Source: Guillardia theta CCMP2712 (taxonomy: Eukaryota > Protista > Cryptophyta). Taken from it: a stretch of DNA of 64,000 nt. The stretch covers positions 62,001-126,000 of the forward strand of contig NW_005434660.1 in NCBI RefSeq assembly GCF_000315625.1, in the 5' to 3' direction. The translations under genes were made by a program, and so were the position numbers. The notes under the pieces are model-generated. The model made no database searches. It was not told the origin of the DNA and saw nothing but the letters and a program-made list of their open reading frames with translations. Within the stretch, counting starts at the first letter, position 1. Every line of letters begins with the position of its first letter. Shown piece after piece: positions 23,208 through 44,229 of this stretch.

Positions 23208-24956
23208 TCATCTTCTTGGTTCCAGTTGCCATCCACCGGGTCGTCCTGCAGGAAACAATGAACGAGAGCAGGGTGCCAAAAGGAGCGATTTCACATATTC
23301 GTAGTCGTCGAAAGTTCCCAGCTGTAGCCAGCGGGTGAGGAATGCTGAAGAAGCAAGCATAAACATCCTTACCGATCTCTGAATGACGTTCTCGATGTTG
23401 TACTCGTCCTCCAGCCCGTCGAACTTTGGAGGCTGTGACGCAAGTCAAGAAGGGAGAGCGGGGGTTTGGACTGAGGGGTTCACCTCGAAAGTGAGCTCCT
23501 GGAACCGGTCGTCGTCCACCTCTTTCTTCTTCTCCTTCTCCATCTCGTCGTCGTCTGCCCAGTACGCAAGGTCCACCTGCCGCACAGGTCAGGATACAGC
23601 GCTCTCCTTGCTCCTATATACCTTCTCCACCAGGCTGATGTTGACCCTGTCCGTTCCAAGGTCCCAGTCATTCTTGCGGAAGACGTAGACGAAGTCTGTC
23701 TCGTTGACTGACCAGCTGTTGTCAGCAGTCCTTAGGGGAAATGAGACAAGCATCACTTGTTGAGATGAAACCGTATCGCACTCCACCCTGTTCTGTCTTG
23801 AACGAAACCCTAAAGGTGTCTGAGTTGTTGAAATGTGCAGTCGTTGCATCTCACCAGTCGCCGACCTGTAAGGGTGCGTCTGGTTGGTTCTTGAACGGGG
23901 TGACAAGCTCGCTACTGTTGGCAAAACTCTTCAAGAATTCCTTCCTCTGCTTGGCAAGGTTGTTGGTTTCAACGCTGTCAAGGTGTATGTTCAACAGTTT
24001 GAGATGACTCTCGTTTCTCAGGGGCTCGTGGTGCTGCGTCATCTGTCGAAGCTTCACGTTGAGTACGGGCATGAAACGTCTCTAACCTCAAGGTTTGTGA
24101 TGTTTTCTTGGTTTCTTGAGTTCCATTTGTCTGGGATAGCACAGGCACGTCAGGGAGAACTAAGACTTCAAGGAGATCATCTTTCACCCTCCGCATCTGA
24201 AAGATAGAATTCGTCTTCAATCGCATCTTCATCTTTTTCACCCTGCAGGCAGTCAATGAGAACTCCGGGCTGTCGCATACAACCTTGGCGTCCTTGGTCC
24301 AAATTCTTCCATTCTGCCATCCAAGATCAGGGTTGCGGTGAGAACAGGAGGACAAGGTTGGATCGTTTAACCTTTACGAAGAAATCCAGAAGCTCCTTGG
24401 TGTTCTCAGTCTTCTCGTCGTCATCCTGTGAAAGGAATAAGTGAGGACACGGCAGCGTCCAAGTCCAATCACGTCAACAAACGCTCCATGCGCGGCGGGC
24501 CCTTCATTCTCTTGCATGGCCGCCTTTTCAACATCGATGACAGTGGGTTCTGATCCGGCACTAACAGATTGAACTGCGTCGCAGGTTAGATTTCACTTGT
24601 CCCTCTCCTCCCACTCCTGAAGTTCTCACCATCATATTCGTCAACATTGATGGTCTCATATTCGTCGCCTGCAGAGTTTTCTTCATGTTGGACAAGTTTC
24701 AAGCATCGCCTGTACCTTGCGGCATGTCCATGATCGGGCCATCATCTAAAGGCTCCGACCCCCCTCGCAGGCGCAGCTTCATGCTTGTTTGAGCTTGAGA
24801 GTTGGATGCTCCAAGGAGAGGACTGAGAGGGTTGCAGCCGAGAAGCAAGCATGCAGGCCGAGAGTTTGACGCCCTTCCCTGCATGATCGGCAGGCTTACG
24901 ACCATCATCGCCACCGCTATCGCTGTTGCTATCGTCCGCCCCACCATATTTTCCAC
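23208..24956 (-). CDS. Hypothetical acidic multi-exon protein with signal peptide and LRLRGG presequence
   Basis: N-terminus MENMVGRTIATAIAVAMMVVSLP...MKLRLRGG; several coding-like exons with GT-AG borders. No family recognised. Confidence 0.6.
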
Positions 24957-25281
24957 AATTCAACCACCCCCACCCCTATCTGGACCTCCGATATTACCCG
25001 GTGCTCTGTTCTCCTCCCCCCGATGATCCATGCAGGCAGCCCGGGCAGACCTTAGGGAATGAGGGGAGGGAGACGAGGAGGAGGGAGACGGAGATACGAG
25101 TAGAACCACAAGCTTCCCAGCATCGAGTGTGTCTGCACAATGCCATCATTGCATGTCGGTCTGTCATCACTTTCTCGTCCGCAACAACCTTGCTAGACGC
25201 TGTCTGTTGTGAACCTTGTTGCACTCACTCATAAACCTTGCTTGATTCTCACTGACCCATTCAGATCCTTCAAGGTCTGAG

Positions 25282-26530
25282 ATGACGCTGGGAGAAGCTT
25301 CGAGGTCGTCCATGCATGTGACTGCTCACTCGGCCAACATGCGCTGCTGCAGGCCCATGAGAGTGATGTGTGTGCATGGCTGGCGGACCAGCCCTTCTAT
25401 CATGGAGTTCCAGGTTCACTTAACAACTCTCCGACAGGAGCTGACGGCTCCGTGCGATCAGACTGCCGAGCTACGGAAGCGCTTGCCAGGGCTAGAGTTT
25501 CACTTCATGGCCGGCCACATGAAGGAGAGGTCCGCCATTCCAGTTCATATCTGCATGTCGCTGAACCTCTGGACCTTATGACTGCAGTGAAGCTTGCGAC
25601 CCAACCATCGCCACGCTCTTCGAGGGCCCATACTATGCTCACTGGGGGTTACACCAGGTGTGTGCGAGTCTTCAGTCCCCGGGGTCACTCGAATCTTGCA
25701 GAGCGAATCTGAACAAACAGCCAACATCAAGAAAGCAGTCCATGACGCGCTGGAGTTCATCAAGAAGAATGGACCTTTCCAATGTGTGATTGGCTTCTCA
25801 CAGGTGAAGTATGAGGACTGATGGGGCCGCTGCCATGGTCGAGTGTCATAACCTGTCCTGTTTTCAACACCAGGGCGCGGCTCTTGTAACACTGCTTGCG
25901 TCTTTGTATCAGCGAGAGGGCAAGACAGATTTACCTGTAAGACCTCCCACCCCAATCAAGTATACTCATGCACATGCTATGCGGGCAGGTGATAGTCTGC
26001 GTGTGTGGCGTTCGGCCGGATCATAGGATGCAGAGCTCGTTTGTAGAAGAACTGATTGGGTCAAACCCTTTGAGCAAACAGATTCGCGAAGAAAATCTCT
26101 CAGCGAATATTCTTAAAGTGCGATCTTTGCATATCTTGGGGCTGCAGGTAGGGATTGACTGAAGGTGACCTGGTTTGACAAGCAAGTTTCAGGATCCACT
26201 GCTAGAGAGAGGAAGGGCTCTCCTTCAAGTCTGCAACCTGTCTGAACATGAAACCTGTGCTCACTTGAGTTCAGGTGTATGAAGATGAGACTGCTACAGT
26301 GTTCGAGCATTCGCGGGGGCATCAGGCGAGTGTGTTCTTGTTCTTACACAAGTCTGAAAGCACAATCAGTTTCCGCCGTGGGAGGAGAAGCTGATGTATG
26401 ATGACATTGCAAAGTATCGCTCTTTGAGAAGTGTGTAGATGTGACTGAGATATTTACAGATGCATCACATCCGCCTTGTCAGCTTTGCCAGAAGACTCTG
26501 GGTTCAGTGAACTTCAGTGTACATTAGCGT
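25282..26530 (+). CDS. FSH1/OVCA2-family serine hydrolase
   Basis: VMCVHGWRTS, NGPFQCVIGFSQ|GAAL (GxSxG), SLHILG..DP, FEHSRGH. Confidence 0.85.
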
Positions 26531-26869
26531 AGAAGAACGTCCTGAGATCTGTCTGCCATGTTCTACTGCATAACGATAGTCTCGTGTCAGATGTGTCTTT
26601 CACGATCGTTTGCTCCATGCGAATAGGCTACTTCAGACAGAAAGGAAATATCTGAAAGGGCGACGGGTTGCTCAGAATCCTCAGGACAGCAGAGCATTTC
26701 TGTTGATGACGTCGAGGTGGGGTCCCCTCGGAACAAGACAGACATGTCTGTCAGGGAGTACAAGAAGTGGTGTCATGAGGAAGATTTCTATGTGTATTCT
26801 TCGAATTTACTTCATCTCAATCTTGATCCTGTCATGTGCTACACTCTAAGCGTTGTTGCCCATAATCTG

Positions 26870-27683
26870 CTGGGCCCAGATCTTGCCCTGACAACAAACG
26901 TCAACAAATGTCATGTCATGTCGTAACCTGGAAATTCACCGCAGTAACTCCGGCATCATGTCCGGCATTGAAATTCATCTTTGCGCTATCGCTGCCATCT
27001 TCGAAGTACGGGGTAGACTCGGCGCAAGCGTGGCCAGCAGTATACTCGTTGCAGTCACCATCTCCATCATATTGCTGCAAACATCACATTTAAACCATAA
27101 GGAGAAACCACTGCTTCAGTGTCGGAAAACTTTTATGAGGATAAGGAATATATGCTTTTTGTAGAAAAGTTTTCTTCATCCATGTTGAAATGTGAAAATT
27201 CAAGTTGCAATTCATACCATGGCTGACAAAAATAGCCGAACAAACGCAGCAAGCAATGCATATTGACAGCTGAACAAAAGGGCATTGAAGCATCCATCAT
27301 GTCATGGCTGCAATGCTGCAGACTAACAACAGCTCGTATCAACCATCACAACGGAGACAATAGCAGTCATGTAACCAGACATCCACACTTGACAGCAGTC
27401 GATAAGACATTTGAGGAAAGAAACTCAGAGAGGTCGTAAGGGAATGTTTTCACTGGCTGAAGGGCATATCTTTTACCTCAACTCAAAACTTCACGCCTGC
27501 AACAGCAAACCAAGAGTATGGCTAATTCACACTTGGCAAGTAAGGGAGAGGTTAGACAACTAGGAGGGGGATGAAAACAACTGTCGAGGAAGAGGGAGGA
27601 GGCAGGAGGAGCTCAGATGCATCATTCTTTCACCACTCACATTCCTCTTCACTCACCAGCGATGTGAAGCGCGCGGAAGCCAT
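26870..27683 (-). CDS. Possible small hypothetical multi-exon gene
   Basis: ATG at 27683 followed by a GT donor, plus coding-like blocks. No family recognised. Confidence 0.3.
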
Positions 27684-28096
27684 TCTGAGAAGCTGAAACA
27701 TGATCGGCCCTGCTCTATTTCGGGAAGCGGCGGTGCCTACGCGGGGATGAGGCCCAGTGGTACCGGCGGCCCCCGCCAGTGTGCAGTGCCGCGGTGCCGT
27801 GACCGGGGCCGGCCGCGGGCGGGCAGCCAGCCCGGGCCGCCCTGACACTGTCCGGCGGCGGAATCACCGTCCGATCCTTGCAAGTGACTCCGGGCCAAAG
27901 TGACGGAGCACAAGTTTGTTAGACTTGTACTATGCCAAAGTCACGCAGATATCACATCGACCTTACGGTTGTAACAAGACAGTTCAAGTTTGCTCAAGAC
28001 CGAATTTAATGCACACTAAACCAGAATTGAGGAGCACATGAGAGATAGACTGTATGCTAGTCAACGGTTAACTCGGCGCTATCTGACTGGCACGGC

Positions 28097-28508
28097 TGGC
28101 ATACGCTCCATCCCGGGTCCCCCCGAGTTCAACGGCCCAATTCTGTCCGAGGAAACAGTAGTACGTTACATCGCCGGACGTCACATCGGAAAGTCACACA
28201 AACAAGAGAATGTCAGCAAACTTCTCTCGTCTTCTCTTTTATCTTCTCTCTTCTCAGACACTCTTTACTCTATCTCTCTTCATTGCATCCGCTCGCTATG
28301 CATCTCCCTTATCTCTTTGCTGCACATCTAATAGCCCTGCATGATGGTTATTGCCCGCTCAGCCTAACTGTGAAGTTGACGCCGCAGACAGCCTTATCGT
28401 ATCTCGACTTGGAACTCTGCTGACATTCTCTTGTTTGTGTGACTTTCTGACGTCCGATGTAACGTACTACTGTTTCAGAAACTCGGGGGGAGGATGGAGC
28501 GTATGCCA
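28097..28508. mobile_element. MITE-like non-autonomous element with long terminal inverted repeats
   Basis: 28097-28218 is the reverse complement of 28418-28508 (tggcatacgctccatcc...gaaacagtagtacgttacatcg...gaaagtcacacaaacaagagaatgtcagca). The ~200-bp interior is non-coding. No TSD confirmed. Confidence 0.75.
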
Positions 28509-29337
28509 CTGAAGACCCCGAGGGGGACCACTCAGTGCGGACACTGGCAGGCTGGCAGTCGGCAGGATGAGGGTATGCTCAGTGCCGGGGAGCCAGGCTC
28601 CGAGGCTCGCCGACTCCGAGTCGCCGGACGCCGCGGGGCCCGCGATCCGATCATCAGCCACAGTGCCGCGGGCGGCGGCCGGGCCGGGCCGCCCGGGCCC
28701 GGGCGCCGGGCCCGGGGGCCGGCGCCGCATGGCGCCCCCCGGCCGGCGGCGCCCTGCGCGGCGCCGGTGGGCAGTGGCCCCGGCGCGACGAGGCGGCAAT
28801 AATGCAGCGGCGGCAGCGCACCACGTGCATGCGAGTAGCAAAGGAGCAGGGAGAGAGGACAGCAAGGACGGGGGATATATGATGATAAGAGCAAATTGGA
28901 GGGTGGGCAAGCAGGATTCCTCCAGAGTAGCCTGGAAGACGAGATAATAGAATTAAGATATGCTTGAGGGGAGACAGTAGCTGCGAAGGATATATAGCAG
29001 AAGAAGAAAAGACGAAAGGTCCACAACGAAACTTGAGTAGGTTTGAAATTTGATTAACAAGCAGAGCAATCAAGTGAGATAAGCCGCAAAATAGGGTTTG
29101 GAAAGACCAAGAGCGCATTGCAGGCAGCCCTATCCTTGTTTCCCAAATTTAGGGTTTTGCAAAATTTTGTCCCGAAAGTAGACGATCCTGACTTATGCCA
29201 AGCCATTCATGAGTAAAACGAATTCAGGGATGAATTGAGAAGCCGAAAATCTTTCCACAGCATTCTGACAATATCAATAGTACTGGAGCTGCTTGGAAAC
29301 AGAGTTTGAACGCCTCTTGCTTTTTTCTTGGCAGCAA

Positions 29338-29816
29338 ATGGTATTCAAGCACTTTTCTTTGTGCCTCATTTCTTTTCTGCTTTCACGGTTTCCTTGCCAT
29401 TCATTGCGTTGGAAGTGATTCTCGATCGCAGAACGCTGACAAAAAGCAAGCGGTATTGGACCTCAGCAGACATGTTGATCAGAAAGTTCGCGTCAAATTT
29501 TCAGGAGGTCGTGAAGGTGATAATCTTCTTAGTTTGATGACACTCTCAAATCCATGCAGTGGAGGGCAGGCTGAAGGGGTTTGACACGCTGGTGAATCTG
29601 GTGTTGGATGAGTGCATCGAGTACATCCGCGGTAAGAAACATGCTGAGACAGCGCTGTTGTCTGTGACTCCCTCTTCAGATCCTGACGACCCCTACAAGC
29701 TCACCAATGAAACTCGACAGCTGGGGTTGATTGTGTGCAGAGGAACTGCTGTCACACTAGTTTGTCCATGCGACGGTATGATGGAGATTGCCAACCCTTT
29801 CATTTCAGCTGAGTGA
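29338..29816 (+). CDS. LSM7: U6 snRNA-associated Sm-like protein LSm7
   Basis: KKQAVLDLSRHVDQKVRVKFSGGRE|VEGRLKGFDTLVNLVLDE...RQLGLIVCRGTAV...EIANPF. The first exon appears to be the ATG alone. Confidence 0.95.
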
Positions 29817-30123
29817 TGGGACCCGCACTGTAAACGTTTATCTGGTTACAGAGGTCGTAAAGATATTGAGTTTGTGATTCGAATTGTGAATCAAATGGAT
29901 TTACCCGCAAGGTGTTGCGTGTGATGGAAGCGTACACCTTGCGGGTGATGGAAGCGTTTGTCGGAGACATTTGAGACTACCAGCCGGGAATATCCCAATC
30001 GTGTAACCTAACAGACATGTCGTGGAAGCATCAAACCAGCCCGACACAAGCATGCTTCATATGGCAAAGAACAGAAAGTATCACATGCAATTTCGTTATC
30101 TATTCTTCACAGGTAATGACTTA

Positions 30124-31185
30124 CTAATCGATATACTGTGCTACCCACTGAAACGCTTCCCTGTAACCCATCCTGCGGATCACACTCACCATGAACAATT
30201 CCATCGGGCGAACACCCTTCGGAAGATCGGCCTTTCCTGTCTTTCCTGTCAGGTATGACTGCAGACCCAGTGCCTGTCGCAACTCAGCCTCCGAGGCCGC
30301 ACGAGGCTGATCGATCTTGTTTCCTAAGATAGCAAAGGGGATCCCAGCTAACTGATCGTTGCTCAACAGCTTGTCGAGTTCTGCCTTGGCCTCTCCAAAG
30401 CGATTTCTGTCGTTACAATCCACCAAGAAGATGATAGCATTGACAGCTGTGAAGTAATCTTGCCAGAGCTCGCGTGCTACATCGTGCCCTCCCAAGTCAT
30501 GTACCCTACACAAACATGGATTAGAAAGCCTCCAAAATTCAAGTTTGAAGAGAGCAGGGGAGGTTATCTGCCAGTGATCATGTATGAAATGACAAAAGAA
30601 GAAAAACTATTCAAGCGAGATCAGCACGTAGGATAAAGACAGCATGTGAGGAATGGGAAGACTAACTGCAACAGTCCGTTGAGTGGTAGAGTAATACAGC
30701 AAGGAAATGCAAAGAGGGAGACAAAAGCAAGCAAGTGCACAAATAACAAAGGAGAACAGATCTTGTCTTCTTTTCAACAGCAATCAAAGCGTTCATGAAG
30801 CATATTCTTGTTCAAACGAACATAACCAGAAGCTTGCTGGGTGCAAGGAACTCCTCAAATAGGAAATAAATACAACAGACTCTTATCTGTCCACCTCTAG
30901 CATAGGGCAAGACTGATTCCTTGGAAACTCTCTTCTAATTTATACCCATCGTTCCATCCCCTCTGAAACAATCGCCATGGTTCACCTGAAGCGCAGTTTG
31001 CCCATGGTCAATTCCTCGTCGTGAGGATGCTGAGTGGGCTCCAGCTGAGCAACCTTCTTCTCCTTGAGCATGTGAAGGAGAGTTGTCTTGCCGGCATTGT
31101 CTAGGCCAAGGAAGAGAATCTTCGCGCGCTTGTTGCCGAGCCCCAGCCATGACAGCACCCCCTGGAACCAGTTCACAAGAAACAT
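30124..31185 (-). CDS. SAR1: COPII small GTPase Sar1
   Basis: [46 protein letters not shown]; one ~480-bp intron. Confidence 0.97.
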
Positions 31186-31214
31186 GCCGCTAGCCCCCGC
31201 GATGCCGCAAGAGG

Positions 31215-32190
31215 GACCCGTAAGGACACACGGAGGGTGGGGTATCATTTGGGGAGGGGTGTTTATTTGTACCGGGTACTTCCTAGAAAAATGTCTTATC
31301 ACGAACGGGTACTGTGATTGACTGAACCGGTCATGTTCTCACGGTTGGATTTCATTGGAAGGGTGCAAAGGTAGGGTGGAAGCATTCATGTGTCGATGCG
31401 ATGGGGTAGGTATTCCCTGAGGGTAGGGTGAAGCGAGAAGGCAAGTGCAGGGGTGGGGTACAATCTCCAATTGAATCGACTGAACTTCTGGTTGAACTTT
31501 CAACAAATAGTTACAAATATTGGAGAAATACTCCAAATGTCTTTTTAATATTTGAAAATGTGTGTTCAATATTTGATTTAAACTATATATCCCCATAAAT
31601 TCACTATGAACTTTTGAAGAATGTTAGAGACCTTCCATATTTGGACAGGTGTAGAAAATGTTTCTCTAGATATTTCAAATCTTAGGAAGTGGTTCACAAT
31701 ATTCAAATCTAACACGAATGAAACAACGGAAACAAGAACCTTTGGCACATATTTTCGCCGTTTCATGTTGTGTATGAAAATGTCTCTGAAATTGTTTGAT
31801 TGCTCCAATGTATTCTAATTTGTTCGATATTTTGTCTTATATTTGACTCAATAATTTCAAAGATAATTCATATATTTGGTCTATTGAAAATTCCATTTCT
31901 GCGTGACGTCACCTCCACATCCCGCACCCGTACATACCTACCCCTTGGCTCGAACAACCCTATGAGCAAGTACCCGTCCTTTTGTCGATCTCAAGTACCA
32001 TAGTGACTGGTCATACTACCCTACAACATTATACCCTACCCCCTATTACCCCTCATAATCACCCGTGCTCGGTCTTGGCAGCTTCTCGGCACCCCTCCAG
32101 GGTACTTGAACACCCTACCCCTGGTCCCCTTTCCCTTTATAAGTCGAAAACCGACGGGCCCGACCTTACCGCCGGGGCCACCCGGTGTGT
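31215..32190. promoter_or_regulatory. Symmetric bidirectional promoter-like region: GGGTA-rich arm, AT-rich core, TACCC-rich arm
   Basis: 31215-31465 is G-run rich, 31470-31900 is very AT-rich, tgacgtca lies at ~31904, and 31910-32190 is C-run rich. Sits between divergent SAR1 and the HAUS3-like gene. Confidence 0.5.
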
Positions 32191-32207
32191 CTATTACTGA
32201 GAATTTG

Positions 32208-34200
32208 ATGCGCTTTCAGAGAACCTTTGAAATGGCGTGCCGCTGTGGAGGAAGATCTTTCGGCCAGTCTCTTGACAAGTTAGCGTTGTATCTCCCTCTC
32301 AGTCATCATATAACTTCCGTTTGAACATGATCTCCTCCCCCTCACCTCCTCCTCACTCGAGTCTGCTCTCCTGGCATGTGTTGGCTCATCACTATCCCCA
32401 ACTCCGTTTCATTGTGAAATTGATGCCCAATGATATGAGAGCAATTTAGAGAATACATCGCTTCCAAGAGCACAAATTTGTTTAGATTCTCTATTTCATT
32501 CTCTGTAGTTTGCAACCAGCCTGGAAACTCTATGTATCTATTGAATTTCACCACCATCTATAGTCCAGGTCATTTTGATTTGTTGATTTCTCTCCTAGAT
32601 TCGCTGCATTCAAACTTCAAATGTATTAGCACTAGAAAAGAAATGCATCTGATTGGTAATGACTTGATTTTGTTCAGAATGGAAATAGAAGTGGGAGATG
32701 ATATCTCCTTGTTGGAAGGTGAAATTTCAGCGATGGAATTCAGATTATCGCAGCTCGAGCAGGAGAAGGAAAAGTTAGCAATCTCGAGGACAGTGAACGC
32801 AAACCACATCGCAGCTTTGGTCCAATGCCATGGATCTCTATCCAAGCAGATCCTGCAAAGATTCGATAGCTGTGCTACCTCTGAATCTAGAATGAAAGAA
32901 TGTCTGCATGAGGTGTTCAAGGAAGTCATGGATGAGAAAGAATACTTGAAACAAGTCGACGGAGCCGTTGGGGATCTCAAAACATTCATGGATCGCAATA
33001 GCATGTTTCTGAATACTCTCGTGGAAGCAATTTCGCTCATCAACGATCAAACGGATAAGAAATCAAGGACAAGCGTCTCCTGCCTTGACCAGCTTCGAAA
33101 GGAGGCAGCTTACGAGCTAGCAAGGCTGCAAGATTGTTTTGTGCATTCTGAGATAGACAAGACCGATGCGTTGGTGCAACTGCAACAAAACTTGACACTT
33201 GAGAAGGTTCTCAACGAGCAGATAAAGAAAATCTCTTCCGGAGATCTTGAAGTTGATATGCCCGTGAACAACTCTGTCGAGCAGTCCGTAGTTACGAAAC
33301 AGAACACAATCAACGCTCTGAACAAAGATGCAGATACACTGAGAAGCGAGGTGGAGAGTGTCTTGCTGAATGAGCTGAAGAAGTCGCAGGGGATGTCGAT
33401 CAGGGAAGGCGATGCAGAAGTAAGACTGGAGCAGAGCAAGGAGAATGTGCTGTTTCTTGAGAAGATCTCGAGCATCGCAAAATTGCACGTATTTTGCGTT
33501 GAGTTGTTGAGAGTTGTGATGCAACACCGATGTGAAGAGCAAGACAGGAGCCTTGACTCTCTGCAAACAGTGCTGCAGGTTCTTGAAGTGTTGTCCGGCC
33601 TTCTTCTAAACGCGGGCAGCATCTTTAAGTTTGCTGATGTTGATAAGGAAAATCAACCGACCAACAAGCCGGAAAACTCTGCAATTCTGACGCAGTACAT
33701 GAGCTTGAGGAGGAAGGTAGATAGCCAGGAGCAATGTCAGGCTGAATCTCTATCGTTGTTCTCTCGTTCAGCGAAGGACAACGACGTCAGGATTTCGGCT
33801 TTCAAGAGTCTCGTTTGGGAGACAACAGACAAGAGAAAGTCTCCTGAGTCAAGCTTCGTCTGTGTAGAAGATGCCATGGCGGAGCTGGAGAAGGTGCAGC
33901 TCATGTCTTGAAAACTCCCTATCTTACTGTTGACCAGGTCAAAGCGAAACTTGAAACAAACCTGTTGAAAGTTGGGAAGCTACGATCAGAACCAAGACCA
34001 AAACTTTCAGATGTGTTTGTTGACTTCTTCTTGAACCCACAGGCTTTGATACCCAGATACGATTCGTAGACACTTGGCAAGAAAGTTGTTTCAAAAGCTG
34101 AGAGTTTTCAAAACGCTCAGATACAAACTCCTGCACTTAGGTCCAGTGAAACTTGACATTGAGGCAACAGCTGAGAGTCACGATCTTTTGTAAACATATA
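32208..34200 (+). CDS. HAUS3-like augmin subunit (coiled coil); 3' end uncertain
   Basis: CGGRSFGQSLDKL N-terminus, ELARLQDCF and GDAEVRLEQ resemble HAUS3 motifs; long coiled-coil ORF 32478..33911. Confidence 0.6.
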
Positions 34201-34777
34201 TTGATCGAACGCAAGCGTCTCTGGCCGAGTTTGAATTTTCAAACATTCATTTACCACGCCTCAACCTTAGTTTCAAGTTCCATGCCTGCTGAGCTGGACA
34301 TGTGACTACGGATCTTGCTACCTTCCTTGTGGGGAATTAGAATTGAATTCGTATATTTGAATTCAAAAATATTAAATGAAAATTTGAAAATTTGTAAGAA
34401 TTTTTGGAGTTATGCTTGAAAAGGAGGTCGGGGGAGAGCGCCCAATGCTGTGTGATGTGGCGATGGTGGTGTACATGGCGACAGCGAAGCATGATGGCAG
34501 TGATAGGAGAGCACATGTGATGCAGGGAGGATGACGGGAATCATGTGAAAGATAAGATCGGTGATGATGAGGGAAAGAGAATATGTAGTCTTACTAGAAG
34601 CGGAACTCAAGGATTACGTTGCAAATTGAAAGCCATTCATGGCAGAGCTTCGTTTCTAGGCAGTGACGACGTTTCCTTACAGAGGCGAAGCCCCTGGCAT
34701 TGGCATGAAGAACAAATAGGATAGGATCAGGTTTGTGCTTGAAGACTTGACGCCGGACAGCTATCGTTTCATCCACA

Positions 34778-43976
<9,199 letters not shown>

Positions 43977-44229
43977 GGGGAAGAAATTCTTGAAATGTAG
44001 ATGAAAGTGAAGGAAAACCTTTATCACCGTCATGTTCGAACAAGAAGTTTCAGACGCTGATGGAGCGACAAGGGAGATGGGGGGAGGAGCGAGAGGAGCG
44101 AGAGGGGAGGAGAAGTTTGGAAGAAGATGAGATGGAAGGGGGGAGGAGGAGGAGGAGGAGGAAGGGAAGGAAGGAAGAGGACGAGGACGAGGAGGGGGAG
44201 GAAAGAAGGGAGAGGAGGAGGAGGATGCA

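Noticed and set aside
28467-29118. Several overlapping Pro/Arg/Ala-rich ORFs
   Set aside because: Stop-poor GC-rich non-coding patch, open in many frames, with no recognisable domain.
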